Positions 1 through 14,350 of a DNA stretch of 64,000 bases are shown here, piece by piece. The DNA comes from the human T2T-CHM13v2.0 reference genome, Homo sapiens. Every line of letters starts with the position of its first letter. Position 1 is the stretch's first letter. Made by a program: the position numbers and the translations under genes. The notes under the pieces are model-generated. The model saw only the letters and a list, made by a program, of their open reading frames with translations. It was not told where the DNA came from and made no database searches. Location of the stretch: assembly GCF_009914755.1 (NCBI RefSeq), contig NC_060927.1. One strand, written 5' to 3'.

Positions 1-1115
1 ATTCACATTGACCTCCTTAATGGTTTCACAGATTACAAAAGGCACACTCCTACCTCTGGATACTTGCTGTTCCCTTTGCTGGGACTATGATTTCCCTAGA
101 TAATCACATAGCATGTTTCCTCACTTTATTTGAGACTCTGATGAAATGTTACTTTATCAGTGAAGGCTTTTCTGACTAAATTATTGAAAAAAGCACTCTT
201 CCCATCTTTGTCCCTTTATTCTAATTTTATTCTTTGGCCATTGTTACCTCTGGTCCCTATTTTCTGTCAACACACTTAATACCAGCATACATATATATGT
301 ACCACACACTTATCACTACCATATGTATATATGTAAATATATAGTAAAGAACTTAACCTATCCAAAGAGAGGTTTGGCCTTTGTCCTTGGCTTTGGGGGA
401 GGTAATTTCTAAGCCCTTGGAATGTCATAGCCGAAAATAGTATCTTTGTTTGTCTGGGGGCCTTGGACCAGCAGATAGTAACAATGTGTTTTTGAGAGGG
501 GAGTTTTGGGCATTCTGTATCAACTTGGCCTCCTGGAGAGCCAGAAAGAGATATCAGTCATGTGAGTAGTCAACCATGCTTACCCTTGCTCCTATCATGA
601 TGCAGCCCCAGGAAGGACTCTGGACACCAAGGTTCAGTTGAGATTTTCTGCTTGGCAGTAGTCTGTGCAAGGTGTCACACATCGTCGCCAAAGAAAGTAA
701 TGCCGTCCATGACTCCATGGGGAGAGTACCATAGAAGTTCCACATTTACAACTTTTCCTGGACTTGGCTCTATGACCTCTTCTCTAGGCTGATTTTATTC
801 TGTATCCTTTTGCTGTAATAAACCATAACCATGAGTACACAGTTTTCTATGAATTCTGTGAGTCCTTCTAGTGAATTATTGAAACTAGCAGTGGTTTTGG
901 GAATTCCTTGAATTTGCGATTTGTGTCAGGAGTGAGAGCAATCTTTTGTGGACTGTGTTCTCTGACTTTGTGGTTGTCTCAAACTCACAGTAAATGTAAA
1001 AACATATATTTGTTTTGTTTGAGTTTTGTTCAAAAGTTATAAAACCAAGTATCTAGAACAATTTTTAGTATGTAGTAGTCATTTATTAAATATTAGAATG
1101 AAGAAATGAATGAAG
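1..1115 (+). mobile_element. L2 3'-end fragment interrupted by an LTR
   Basis: L2-like text at 40-240 and 1045-1115, ending in a (GAAT)n-like tail. Confidence 0.5.
340..990 (+). mobile_element. ERVL solo LTR, MER77/MER68/MER21-like
   Basis: Begins tagtaaagaactt...ccaaagagaggtttggcctttg. Contains the group-typical ctctggacaccaagg and aataaaccataaccatgagta...gagtccttctagtgaatt. Confidence 0.65.
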
Positions 1116-1218
1116 GTAGCTGAAAAGTATAAGAAATTAAGAGAAAATCGATTTGTAAAATCCAATATTATAGAACCACATCAAGAAAAGCTTCCAAAAA
1201 ATGCATAACTAAGACTCT

Positions 1219-1224
1219 TTTATT
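1219..1224 (-). terminator. Candidate distal polyadenylation signal AATAAA
   Basis: TTTATT on the plus strand at the edge of the unique region; T-rich sequence follows on the minus strand. Confidence 0.45.
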
Positions 1225-1353
1225 ATATTTTTAAGTAATATTGTGCCATTTGCTATCTTCAAAGAGTTGCCTCTGTCAGTCACAACTCTCAGAAGTCTTA
1301 GGGATTATATATTAGGTGTTTATACTATTTGGGAGTCTCGGGGATTACGTGTT

Positions 1354-1387
1354 TGCAGTTTATAGGAGTCACCACCAGATGGTGATA
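1354..1387 (+). promoter_or_regulatory. Candidate CTCF site with upstream (U) module
   Basis: Core CCACCAGATGGTG at 1372-1384 resembles CCASYAGRKGGCR. TGCAG begins 18 bp upstream at 1354, the spacing expected for the ZF9-11 module. Confidence 0.55.
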
Positions 1388-3956
1388 TTTTTATTAGGTA
1401 ATAAGTTTTTGCCTTCAGATACATCAATTTATAGAGAAAAGAGAAAACTATACAAAATATAGTATTTATTAATAAGAAGAACAATATAACTATACAAGGG
1501 TAAGGTATTTGGCTATATCACAAGATATCTAGAAAGGTATTTCCTCTACTAGAAACACACTTTTATAATCAATCACTCTAAAGAGTAAGCAGACTTAAGT
1601 AAACTTATGTAGTTTAACCTTCTCCTCCCTTAACAAGGATTTGGAGCGTCATTCATGCTTAGGCACAGCTCTAGTAGATTTTTCTTGTATATTCAGCTAT
1701 TGTTGGCTTGGAGTTTGAAGTGTTACAGGTTAGTAATATGGTGCTGATTAGCCTTTCAAACTAAGACTTTGGGCTAAATAATACTGGTGTTGTTTCAATG
1801 CAGCAGAATTTTTATGTGCATCCATTATACAGTTAATTCAACAACCAAGGGCAATTAAATGGGAATATCCTAATTATTTTTCCAATTCCCCCAGTTTAAG
1901 CCCTTGTCCAGTTAAAATAAAATGAGACGGAAAATGGGTATTATTGTCTTCTATCTATTTCTTAATGCTCTTTAAACCTTGATTTCTGTTATAATCTCCA
2001 TCCCATTCAAATTGCTGTGCAGTTATAAAGAATTTGTTTGCCTTCAAATCTTTGCTATTTTCTTCAGCTTTATTATGATCCTGTGTCTAATTTCCTTTTT
2101 GCCTGAAATTGCATTTTAAAGCAGCAATATCACCTTTCTCTTTCAGAAAATTATACATCTAAGTTTAAGATATCAAAGCCTATCTTCTACAAAGCATTAT
2201 GAGAATATTCAATTCAATTTTTCTTTTATAAAGACATTTAATGCTACTGATTTATAATATCTGATTTATCTGTCCATTTGTCACTGTGTTAAAATAGCTG
2301 TTAATATTGGTGATACAGTCTTTTAAAATAAAATATATTTGTAACGAGAATACATTTGACTTTGAATTTATATGTTACACATTATTTGAGGCTTGCTTTA
2401 CAAACATTATTAGTGGTAATACATATGTTTCCCAAATTTAGATAACTAGATATTGAGAAGTTAAAGATTGAGAAAGTCCATTGAGATAATTATTTTGAAA
2501 ATGACTCATGCTTGTGGCAACAAAAGATGAAACATTCTGAAAGCCGATGTCAAGTAATTTTGAATTCTAATTCAACCTAATAAAACAGAAACCAAAATAA
2601 ATCATTCTAAAACACAATTCATTCAATCTGTAAATAAATAAATAAAGTATGTGAGTGATGTGAGGGGCACAAAGTCTAAGACTATGTAAAGTGTCAACTC
2701 AGTAACTTTGGAAAATAAACTTTTAGGTAATACATTTCATATATGTTTACAGGAAGGTTAGAATAAAGCAATTTGAAGGAAAATCACTTTATAATTTTTG
2801 AAATACATCTTACTATTATTCTGCCAAGGTGATTCCTGCATTTTTGCAATGTAATGCATTCTAGAATTATCTTGAAATGTATACCTTACAATCACTTAAT
2901 AAAATAGGTTCAACTGTTTCTTTGAGACAACACGTCTTTAGAGAAGAAACAAAAAAGCAGCTAAACTTGATATAATATTTGAAGTAAACTTTTCTATTTC
3001 AAGAATGACTAAGAAAGGTTGCCCAATCCTCAGCTTTAAAAACAGATACTTTTGTTTTAGACTTAGAGGATTTTGCTCTGCTGTATCCAGAAGCCTACCA
3101 TGTTTGGATGTACCTCTCATAACTGAATCTGCCAGTATTTTCTCCCAATTTCCACTCAAGTTAAAAAAAAAAACAATTTTAGGATAAAGTATACAATTAC
3201 ACAATTACAACTTTTTTCCAATAATGTTTGAGTTAAAGATACTTCTAATTCCACCTCTAACACACAACATATTTGTTTTATGGGACAGTCTTGACATACT
3301 GAAAAGATGAAAGGAAAACTGTTATAGGTAAGAAAAAAAGAAAAAACAGTAAACAATTTATATTTGGTAGAAATGAAGGAAACAACTATTTATAGACTAG
3401 GAACCTGCGTGTTTCTCAGTTGGAAGCTAATTTTTCATTTTACAGAAGAATGTAAAGCTAAAGCAGTAAGTGTAATAAGCTTGTTTTGCTAGCCACATTT
3501 AGGCAAGTTCCTTCAAATATAATTTGGGGTTTTGTTACATTTCTTCCATTCCCAGAATTCCTCTTTTTTCCCCTTTGCAGTAAAGGCCAACATTGTATAT
3601 AGAAACATATGCATGGAACAGTATATTCACTGAGTTTATACAATTTTCTGTTTACTAGGAAGTTGACAAGCAAAAACATTGGTAAACTAGGCCAAGATTT
3701 GATTTAGAAAATATTTTTTAGAAGTCAGATAAGAAGTAAAATCTTTTCATTACCACAGTGTGTGATCTTTAGGTAACACATCAAATGCACTTAAGTGTTT
3801 ACACTAGTTCCAGTTGTTCCCACAAAAAAATTAACTATTAAATCAGTAAAACTAATGTAAGCCAACAAATAAAAGGAAATCAGTCTCATAACAAAGGTGT
3901 TAGTTTCACAGTTGACGTTGCAGATCCATTCTTGCTCCTGTTAGACCAAATACCCA

Positions 3957-4529
3957 CTAACTACCCTTGCTTTCTTCCTCTCTTTTTCTGTAAGCTTTAT
4001 TTAACAACTGGATTTCCTCCTGGTAGCCATCCCTCTCTTGATGCTGCCTTTTACTGTTCTGCCTGTGTGCTTCTACTGTGTCTGGAATGGAGATATTAAT
4101 ATCACCATCAGGATTACTGGTGGGCAAAAAGAGGGAGTATGAGGCTGTTTCCCCTAGGTCACATGAAACAAATCTGTTTTCTTTCCTGGAGTAACGTAGG
4201 GATGGAGATCTGACTTGTGTGGAGGACTGACTGATGTTACTAATGATTGACACAGTGTCCAAGGCCTCTTCATTATCACAAATTTCAAGAACCTCCAAGT
4301 GTATTTTCACACTGGTGTCCACAAACGTGGATGAAGAATCTTCTGAGTTTGGTTCATGGCCAACACTTTTGGATCGATAGACTTCTATTTTCTTAGAGGC
4401 TGGAGTTATTTTTTGCCCTTCTGCGCTTACCTCATAGGTAGAAAGAGATAGGGTTTTCCCTGTAGGTGCATGGAGAGACACAGTCCCCTGGAATGCACAC
4501 AAGGGAATGGCAAGGGCATAACCGGAACG
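3957..4529 (-). CDS. GPR149: Terminal coding exon of G protein-coupled receptor 149 (C-terminal intracellular tail, 190 aa + stop)
   Basis: Open frame [15 protein letters not shown]...[22 protein letters not shown] ending in TAG at 3957-3959. It is preceded by a polypyrimidine tract and acceptor (ttttgtttttgtccccag|CGT) at 4530-4531. The peptide matches my recollection of the GPR149 C-terminus. Upstream exons are not in the window. Confidence 0.9.
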   Translation of the reverse strand, partial: RSGYALAIPLCAFQGTVSLHAPTGKTLSLSTYEVSAEGQKITPASKKIEVYRSKSVGHEPNSEDSSSTFVDTSVKIHLEVLEICDNEEALDTVSIISNISQSSTQVRSPSLRYSRKENRFVSCDLGETASYSLFLPTSNPDGDINISIPDTVEAHRQNSKRQHQERDGYQEEIQLLNKAYRKREEESKGS

Positions 4530-5394
4530 CTGGGGACAAAAACAAAATTGTTATTGTTGAAAGCTAGGTTCTGAGGTTGAGACATTTAGAAATTCATTTT
4601 GTTCATCAGAATGATAAAGGTTTTCTATTTCAGATCCATTTCCCTAGAAACATTTTACAGATACGGGATTTAAATACTGCCACCAAAGCACCATACCTCA
4701 GTTTCTCCTAGGCCAAATCAGACATTTAATGAGGGTAGTTAGGAACCTTTATTTGAAGATGAGGGGCATATTTCCCCAGTTAAAGGCAAAGGTGTGTACT
4801 GATGGGAAGCAATAGATGTTTTCAAAGGCAGAATTTGAACATAAAATTGAATGCATATTTACAATCTGAAATTACTTTTATATTTTTGTTACATACTCAG
4901 TTACATTAAAACGTTTGCAAAAGTTGGAAGAAATGTAGACTGTGTTATCAACATGAACTTTTTTTTTCTGTTTAGTATGCCAAAGTAAATGATAATTGTG
5001 AAACGGTGGCTTAAGGACAAAAGATACTTCAACTGTTAGAGTTGAGCATACATAACAGGAACCGAATGTCACCAGAACTATGCTACAAAGAGCGTACTTT
5101 TCCACAGAGAAATCAGTCATTAAAGTAAACCCAATAATAAAGAATACTATTCCACCTCTTTCAAAAACTTGCCTAAAAGGGTAAACATTTTCTATTATGC
5201 TTTATGTATTAAGATTTTTTTAAAACTGTACTTACCACTGAGAGGTGCTTCAGAAATGAAGAAAATAAGATTGATTCTTAAAATAGTCTGTACTTTTTAT
5301 TGCTGATTCATGTCTTCATACTTTCAACTGACATGTTTTGATTTTTGATTATGTGTTAGTCCCAGAAGATGATAATGTACCAAACTTCTAGAGC

Positions 5395-5584
5395 AGTAAT
5401 TCTCAAAACTGAGTTTCCAACCCAGCATCGTCAGCAGCTTCTGGTAACTTGTCAGAAATACAGGTTTTTAGCATTATCCCAGACCTACTCAATTAGGTCT
5501 CAACCCAGGTACAGGGTCAAGCAATCTGTATTTTAACAAGCCTTTCCGGTGATTCTGTTGCATAGTAAAGTTTGGGATCCATTG
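5395..5584. mobile_element. MER5A-like hAT-Charlie MITE
   Basis: cagtaattctcaaa ... aatctgtattttaacaagc...ggtgattctg...agtttgggatccattg; flanked by TCTAGAG/CTCTAA-type target. Confidence 0.65.
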
Positions 5585-5758
5585 CTCTAACTAAAGAAAT
5601 GTTGTAGTCCAGAAAAAAAGGGGTAATGGTGGAGATAAACAGACACTTTTTATATAAGTGCTTACCACTTGTAAAACCTACAGTTACTAACTGGACTGGC
5701 CTAAATGTGTCTGTCCACCTGGGGAATTGGCATGGGAGATAATGGTATTTTTCCAATT

Positions 5759-5892
5759 TAGGATGACCAGCTTTCTCAATTTTCCTGGGACTGTCCCATA
5801 TTTAGCACTGAAATTTCTGCATCCCAGGAAATCCCTCAGTCTTAGTTAGACAAATGGGCAGGAGTCGGGGCAGTGGGAGATTGATCACCCTA
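5759..5892. mobile_element. MER94/MER81-like hAT-Blackjack MITE
   Basis: Imperfect TIRs taggatgacc ... gatcacccta, with internal cctgggactgtccc. Confidence 0.55.
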
Positions 5893-5985
5893 CTTGCTAT
5901 GGGCATTTTCAATCTGGACCCAACAGTGGCTAGACGAAGACAGGTTCTCACTATTGGAGAACAGTTTAGATTATTTTCTGTTTAA

Positions 5986-6349
<364 letters not shown>

Positions 6350-6978
6350 CACGCTCTACTTCTTGAATTGAGAGACTAGAAAAAAATACAGTCTGGGCTG
6401 TGTGAGACATATGATCATTCTTTCCTGGTTATTCTCTGTGGAGTGGTCTTGAATTCTCTTTACTCATAAGGAGACCTAGGAACCTAACTGTAGAGCCTTG
6501 CACGATAAAGTTTTGGAAATTTTGAAAATTTACACTATAATGTTCAGTCCAGCCGTCTGCCAAGGCAAAGAACTTCATTGACTCTACATGTGTAATGCTG
6601 GCTGAAATAAGTGAGACAGAGGGACCACACAGGTTCATCACAGCATCAGACTACTATTAATATTTGAGTGGTGGCAACTTTTGGCAAAAGAGAAGTAGGT
6701 TTCATTCCTATTATTATACATCCACTTATTAAACATTTGCTAAGTAAGGATGTACATGATTCTGAGCTTGCATTGGATGTATGGAGATGCTATCTCTTAA
6801 GACCCCACAGATGATTGGATGTAAATAAACAAAATAAAAATTTTAGTTCTAAATGTAGTAATTGAGAGATAGTTACCAAGTTCTATAAGGTCCAAGGAAT
6901 GACTATCTCGGGTAGGGAGATGTCATATTGTGGAGGGGGGACATGTGAAATTGATCTTAAAAATCAAGAAAAGATTTA

Positions 6979-7277
<299 letters not shown>

Positions 7278-7489
7278 AAGATTTACAATTTTAAAACCTT
7301 GCTTTCTGAGTGATAAACCACAAGTTAAAGGGTTATATTGAAAACTTTCCATCCTGAGAAAACATTTTTGTTATCAAAGACTGAAACAATAGACCCAGGC
7401 TGGGGTGCCTAACTTAGATGGGGTGAGAAAAAAGAAGACTTGAGAATCCTTCCCAGAGCAGGGCTCAGTTTTTATAGATAATATCCATA

Positions 7490-9600
7490 TTATTGTCTAA
7501 CATTGTTCTGGAGGTCCTAGCTGTGCAAAAAATCAAGAAAAAAATAAGACATATATATATATATATATATATAAAATGAGTAGGAAGAGACATTATTGTA
7601 ATTTACAGATGAAAATATTATCTTCCTAGAAAATTCTAAAGAAGTAATCTAAAAAAATTAGAGAGTTTAGTAAGGTGGCTGAATTTTAGGTAAAAATGTT
7701 AAGAAATCAATAGCTATTGCCAATCAAAAATAATTTTTAAAAGGTACCATCCAAAATAGCAACAATACTATAGAAGTATGTGAGACCTTATGAAGAAAAA
7801 ACAGCAATAATAAAAGAAGTCTTGAAAAAGTAAGAGAGAAAGAATAATGTTTCTGCATGAGAAAACTATTTCGCAACTATGGCAGTTTTCTTTTAATTTA
7901 TTGATTTAATACAATATTAATAAAAGTTCCACTGAAATTTTATTTTGAAAGTTTCTCTTAAGATATAGTTGCAGGGGTAAATGCTTGCAGATAACCAAGA
8001 AAACTTGGAAACAAACAATAAGGTGGATTCCCAAGTATAATATGTAGCTACAGCAATTAATACAGGGTGTTCATTGCAAGATTTGGTAAATCCATGAAGG
8101 AAGACAGCCAGCCAAGAAAGTAGATATAGTATACCCTGAAGATGGCATTTCAAAATAAGCAGGGTAATTATACTTTAAAAACAAACAAACAAAAAACAGA
8201 ATGAGTTAATCAAATAAACTTCTTACATATTATTAGTTATCCATTACAAAATTAAGTTAGATACCTATCTCATGTTACATGCAAAAATTTTAAAAAATTC
8301 TTAATAATTCTTTTAAAGTGCTGAGTGAATAAGACCTTTCCAAATCTGGAATGAAAACTGGAAACCACAAAGTAAAAGATGGACAGATTTGATTGCAAAA
8401 AACTTTGAAATGTCTGTATAGAAATATATACTATAAACAAAAGTGAAAGACTAAAGGCAGCTCAGAAGGATATATTTGTAGTCTATATAGAACAAAGTTT
8501 AATAGTGATGCTATGGAGAATTCTTCTCAACCAGTAAGATAAACAATCTAGCAGAAAAATGGAAAAGGGAAGTGGGCAAAACAATTAAAGAAAAATGGAG
8601 AGTAAACACATAAAAATATGTGCAATTTGACCAATTATTTTATTTTATTTTTTATTGAGAGAGTCTTGCTCTGTTACCCAGGCTGGAGTGCAGTGGTACA
8701 TGCGATCTCAGATCACTGAAACCTCCACCTCCCAAGTTCAAGTGATTCTTGTGCCTCAGCCTCTCAAGTAGCTGGGATTAAAGGCGTACCCCACCAGGAC
8801 TGGCTCATTTTTGTGTTTTTAGTAGAGACAGGGTTTTGCCATGTTGGCCAGGCTGGTCTTGAACTCCTGACCTCAGGTGATTCACCCTCCTCAGCCTCCC
8901 AAAGTGCTAGGATTACAGCCATGGCCACCATGCCTGGCCTTACAAATAATTTTAAAAGTAAGTAAAAACAATGGTCATTTTAGCTTTTCAGAATGCCCTC
9001 CATAAAACATAAACAGAAAAAAACCCCAGCAGAAATAAAAAGATTGATGCCATCTTTAGAGTATATTTTGATTGTGTATTTGACTATAAAATAAAAACTA
9101 CGTATACTTACCATTGATCCTATGTCTGTGAGTCGGTTCCTCCAAATACCAGAACATCATAATGTTTGTTTATTTCAGCACTTTTGTAAGCCCCAAATTA
9201 GAAACAATCTAAAGATCTACATTTAGAAAATAGTTTAATAAATTGTGATACAGTTATGTTCTGAAAAGCTATCTTGAATAGATGAGGTAAGGCTGTAAGT
9301 TCTGCCTGGGTAAAATAATTTCGATATATTGTAAGATATAAAAGCAAGCAAATTGCAAAACAATGTGTACAGTATGATCTAGTTTTCTTGTTAAAAATAG
9401 TCATGAGAAATCAGCCCAGAAAATTAAGCATGTATAGGAATGAAAATAGATTCACAGACATACAAGCATACCTGTATATGACAGTCATAGAAAAAAGTTT
9501 GAGAGGCTACACACCAAGAATTTCTTCCTCTGGGAGTGAATAGTGGCTTGGCATTTCACTTTCGGTATTTCTATATTTCTAAATTATTTTCTTATTATCA
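7490..9600 (+). mobile_element. Old, highly diverged L1M (ORF2 RT to 3' end), with Alu and (TA)n insertions
   Basis: cattgttctggaggtcctagc...tttacagatga...cctagaaaattc resembles the L1 RT region; A-rich plus strand. Confidence 0.55.
8636..8939 (-). mobile_element. Alu (S/Jb)
   Basis: Full dimer with (TTTTA)n tail. Confidence 0.88.
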
Positions 9601-9916
9601 TGATTACTCTTTTGATCAAGGAAGTTTATTAGGTAGTGAGGGAGGCAGAGATTACAAAATATTACTAGAAAGGCATCCAGGAGGTAGGGGTAGGGTAGTG
9701 AGTGTGTGTTGCTGATGCTGGATGCTGGTAGTTAGCCTCAGCGTTCATCATCTGGAGTATGTGTTGGGGTTTGTTCTATTTTTAGGTTAAGAGACAGGAG
9801 ACAAGTTGGGTAGAGGGCACTATTTCAAAAATTTGCCCTAATGGTTTGGTTGACTAGAATGAGAGTCTCAACTGGGGTATAGCTAATTTCCCATTCACAT
9901 TTGAAAAGGGTGGAGA

Positions 9917-10308
<392 letters not shown>

Positions 10309-10693
10309 TTAAATAATCCTATGGTTCTAGTAAGACAAATATTTATAGCACTCTCAAAGAGTCCACTGTCTGTAATAAGTCAGATTATCCTCACGAATTT
10401 TACTAGAAAACTGTTATAAACATTTGAGTCCAACAAGCTGTCAATGTGAAGTTCAAATAAAGAGTCTCATCTCAGGAAACAATAACAACAAACAAGAAAA
10501 TACTATACAACTTGAGTCACAAACCACAGTGTAGCCAACAGATTTGAAAATCATTCAAAAAGTTTAAGGACAACTTCAAAAAGAGACTTCAAAAGTAAAA
10601 GGCAATAGTATCTTAACAGAAAATGAACATTAATTGAAAGAAGTAGAATATGATACAAAAACTGTTAATATTGGTTTAATTTATGTTCATGTT

Positions 10694-11145
10694 TGTAATG
10701 AGTTGAATAGCATCCCCCTCCAAATTCGTGTCCCCCTGTAAACTGTGAATATGACCTTATTTGGAAATAGGGTTTTTGCAGGTGTAAGCAAGTTGTATGA
10801 GGTCATACCGAATGAAGATGGGCCTTATCCAATGACTCTTATCCTTCTAAGAAGAGGGAAATTTGGACGCAGATGTACCTGGGGTAAGACAGTCATGTGA
10901 AGATGCAGATAACAATTGGAGTTATGCTGTCACCAGTCAAGGAACACCAAGGATTGCTGGGAGCCACCAGAAGCTAGGGAGAGGCAAGAAAGGATCCTCC
11001 CCAAGAGCTTATAGAGGGAGCATGGTCTTCCCAACACCATATTTCAGACTTCTGGTTTCTAGAAATGCGAGACAACAAATTTTTGTTGTTTTCAACCATC
11101 TTAATTTGTGATAGTTTGTTACAGCAGCCTTGGGAAACTAATTCA
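10694..11145 (+). mobile_element. MLT1C-like MaLR solo LTR
   Basis: tgtaatgagttgaatag...gaccttatttggaaatagggt...ccaccagaagctagggagaggcaagaaagga...aaactaattca. Confidence 0.8.
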
Positions 11146-12816
11146 ATTTTGTATGCAAACAGTACAAAAATACATTTCGAAAAAAACTTATTTTTAAAAG
11201 TCCTGCAACAGACCATCTTTTTCTGGACACTGGGGCTATGTGGCCCTTTCTGTCAAATCCACATGTGATGTAATCTCTTCAAAAGAAGTGAACATTCTCT
11301 TGTTGATCTTTTTCTTCTCTGCTACCTATAACAGTGTCTGGCATATGACAGGCCCTCAAAAATATTTGTTGAATGGACAAACAAAAGTGTGCATAAATTG
11401 GCAACACTGACCTTATGTCCTTTTCAGATTTCATATTTTAACTTTTCGCACAAAAAATAGGATCATCTTTTAAAACATTGCTGTTTAAAATTTATACTTA
11501 AACAGCCTTATATAATAAATGATGATAGTTACAAGTACATCAGAAGGTCATATTAGAATAGATTGTTTTTATGAAAATAAAATATTATGGCACTGAATTT
11601 TATGTGAAAGTTATTGAATGACAAAGAATGATACATTCAGAGAGCATAAAACGATTCCTTTTGTAATCTCTGCTTTCTTTTCATTTAAAAGTCTATGAAT
11701 TAGCATATGCTGTCAGGAATAATGATAATCCATTATTGCTATATTCTTGAGTGTAGGTGGCAAGGAGCTTTTTATTTGGTAATAAAGAGCAGTCTTTAAG
11801 CCACACAAATGCTCCAGGAGAAGACAGCATGCCATGTAAACACACTAGCACACATAATCTCCTGTGATAATTGATTCAGAGTTACTGACCTTCGGCACAT
11901 TGAATGTTTTGATTTCTTCACTACGAGCCTCCAGGTGAATCCAGGGTGAAATTATAATATAAAAAGAGTTGCAGCAAAATTTTCTCCTAAGAAGGTGAAG
12001 TAGTCTGTTGATAATCTGAATCATTCAATTTTAGAAAGACATTATATAGCACCTAGGATCATGGCACTTATCAGAAACCATGGCATTTTAATTTCTTATT
12101 TTATGAAAAAAGAACTCATAGCCAGAGAGGTCAAACACTTGCCCAGGGTCACATAGGTAGTATCAGGACTGGCATCAGGACTCAGGTTTCTTAACTCTCA
12201 GTTAAGTGCTCTTTCTATTATTTGTATCATGTTGTTATTTTAAAAGAAATCTGCTCTAGCTAAGAGTCAGTTGTTGGTTTTCTGCCCTAGAAGGTAGAAT
12301 TCTGTCACTAACTCATGAGTAACCCAAATGACTGACAATTTTAATCCCAATTAAACTCATATAGATGATCGTTAGGTAATTTAGGTGACTTTAGGCCTCT
12401 TAAAGTACAGACATTGAGGAATTTAAGTGGAACACGACCATTTAAGATGGTTAGTAGAGATAAGGACATTGAGAGGGAAAAAATAGCACTAAGAACAAGA
12501 ACTTTGTGAGAAAAACAAAAGTAGATTTTTAATAATTTACTTTTTGGAATTTATTTTTTATTCAATATGCAAAACTATGTCGTTACTGTTTTCACATATT
12601 CAACTCGCAGAATATACCTTGTGTCATTCTGTCATTTTCATTTAAATGTTTGATGAACACAAATTAGAGAAAACACAAGAATTCCTCAAGGAAAGAGAGA
12701 ACAAGGGCAAGAAAATGAGGGCCTTCATCAAGGGTCTGTAAGAGGCATGAAAAGTGCTAAGAATTTTAACACATTTCACATTTAATCCTCAAAGGCCTTC
12801 AAGCTACAAATTAAGG

Positions 12817-13128
12817 TTTTTCTTTTCTTTTCTTTTTCTTTTTTTTTTTTGAGATGGAATGTCACTCTGTCACCCAGGCTGGAGTGAGTGGCACAATCTT
12901 GGCTCACTGCAATCTCTGCCTCTTTCAAGTGATTCTCATGCCTCAGCCTCCCGAGTAGCTAGTGTTACAGGTGTGCCCCACCATGCCTGGCTAAATTTTT
13001 GTATTTTTAGTAGATAAAGGGTTTTGTCATGTTGGCCAGGCTGGTCTTGAGCTCCTGACCTCAGGTAATCTGCTCGCCTTGGCCTCCCACAGTGCTAGGA
13101 TTAAAGGCATGAGCCACAGCATCTGGCC
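12817..13128 (-). mobile_element. Alu (S/Jb)
   Basis: Full dimer with poly-T. Confidence 0.88.
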
Positions 13129-13427
13129 AGCTTGTTGTTTTTAATGATGAAAACTCTAACAACTGAGTAACAGATTTTTAGGATTGATATCCATCCCCCA
13201 AAATATTTACTGATCCTGCTGAATAAGAGCCTTGTATCAACCTTCTTCCTAAGCACTGTCTATGCACTTTCTTATTTAATATTCACAACAACCTTATAAA
13301 ATAGAGATAGTAATTATCCTGAACTCATAGATGATATAATTGAGTCATAGGGAGGTAATAAGGGAAGGTAATGAATATATATGAAGTGTGTACTATATGC
13401 TGGCATTGCACTTGGCATTTTACATGT

Positions 13428-13803
13428 TGTATTAGCTGGTTCCCATGCTGCTAATAAAGACACACACGAGGCTAGGTAATTTATAAAAGAAAGAGATTTA
13501 ATTGACTCACAGTTCAGCATGGCTGGGGAGGCCTCAGGAAACTTAGAATCATGACGGAAGAGGACACAAGCACATCCCTCGTCACATAGTGGCAGCAAGA
13601 AGTGCTGAGCAAAAGGGGGAAAAGCCCCTTATAAAATCATCAGATCTCATGAGAATCCACTCACTATGATGAGAACAGCAGCATGGGGGTAACTGCCCCC
13701 ATGATTCAATTACCTCACACCGGGTTCCTCCCATGATGTGTGGGGATTATGGGAACTACAATTCAAGATGAGATTTAGGTGGGGACACCGCCAAACCATA
13801 TTA
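13428..13803 (-). mobile_element. THE1-type MaLR solo LTR
   Basis: tgtattag...gactcacagttcagcatggctggggaggcctc...aaaccatatta; 5-bp TSD CATGT on both sides. Confidence 0.88.
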
Positions 13804-14189
13804 CATGTGAAATCTACTACATGCGAAATATATAATATAATCACACGGGTGGTAAAATTATTTACATTTTACAGACAAACAAATTTATATGTGAAGAGAT
13901 TAACTAACTTGCCCAGGTAATATAGGAAGGTAAAGTTTTAACTGTGATCTAAATTCAGCTCACATTCCAAATCCTTTCCATGATGCCACTGAGGATCTAA
14001 GATGAATTGGAGAAAGGAGAGTGTGGTGGAAGGGAGCACCAATAGAAGGTTTTTAAAATCATACGTGGAAAGAAAAAACAAGATCTGAACTTCAGTAGGT
14101 AGCAAAAATGGCAAACGTGGGATGGACTATTGAAGTATTGCAAAGGCAAAACTATTGAGGCTGTGGAGGGTAGTGGTGAAGTACTGCTG

Positions 14190-14350
14190 TGGAGTCGCAT
14201 ACACCTGAGTCACTATCTCTATAATCCTTACTTCTGTAAGCCTCAGTTGTCTCACTTGCAAAATATAAAGATTAAATGAGTTAATGCGTGTGAAATGATT
14301 AGGGGAGTGCCTCATACATAGTAAGTGCTCCATAAATGTTAGTTATTATT
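14190..14350 (+). mobile_element. MIR fragment
   Basis: gcctcagttgtctcac...attaaatgagttaatgcgtgtgaaa...catagtaagtgctccataaatgttag. Confidence 0.7.

Larger units (their letters stand above)
1200..3956 (-). other. GPR149: Probable GPR149 3' UTR
   Basis: Repeat-poor AT-rich sequence downstream of the stop codon. Minus-strand AATAAA at 1465-1470, 1390-1395 and 1219-1224; repeats resume below about 1120. Confidence 0.6.

Noticed and set aside
4878-5240. Possible extra GPR149 exon (minus-strand GTAAG donor near 5232; 80-aa ORF)
   Set aside because: No GPCR-like sequence and no convincing acceptor or frame.
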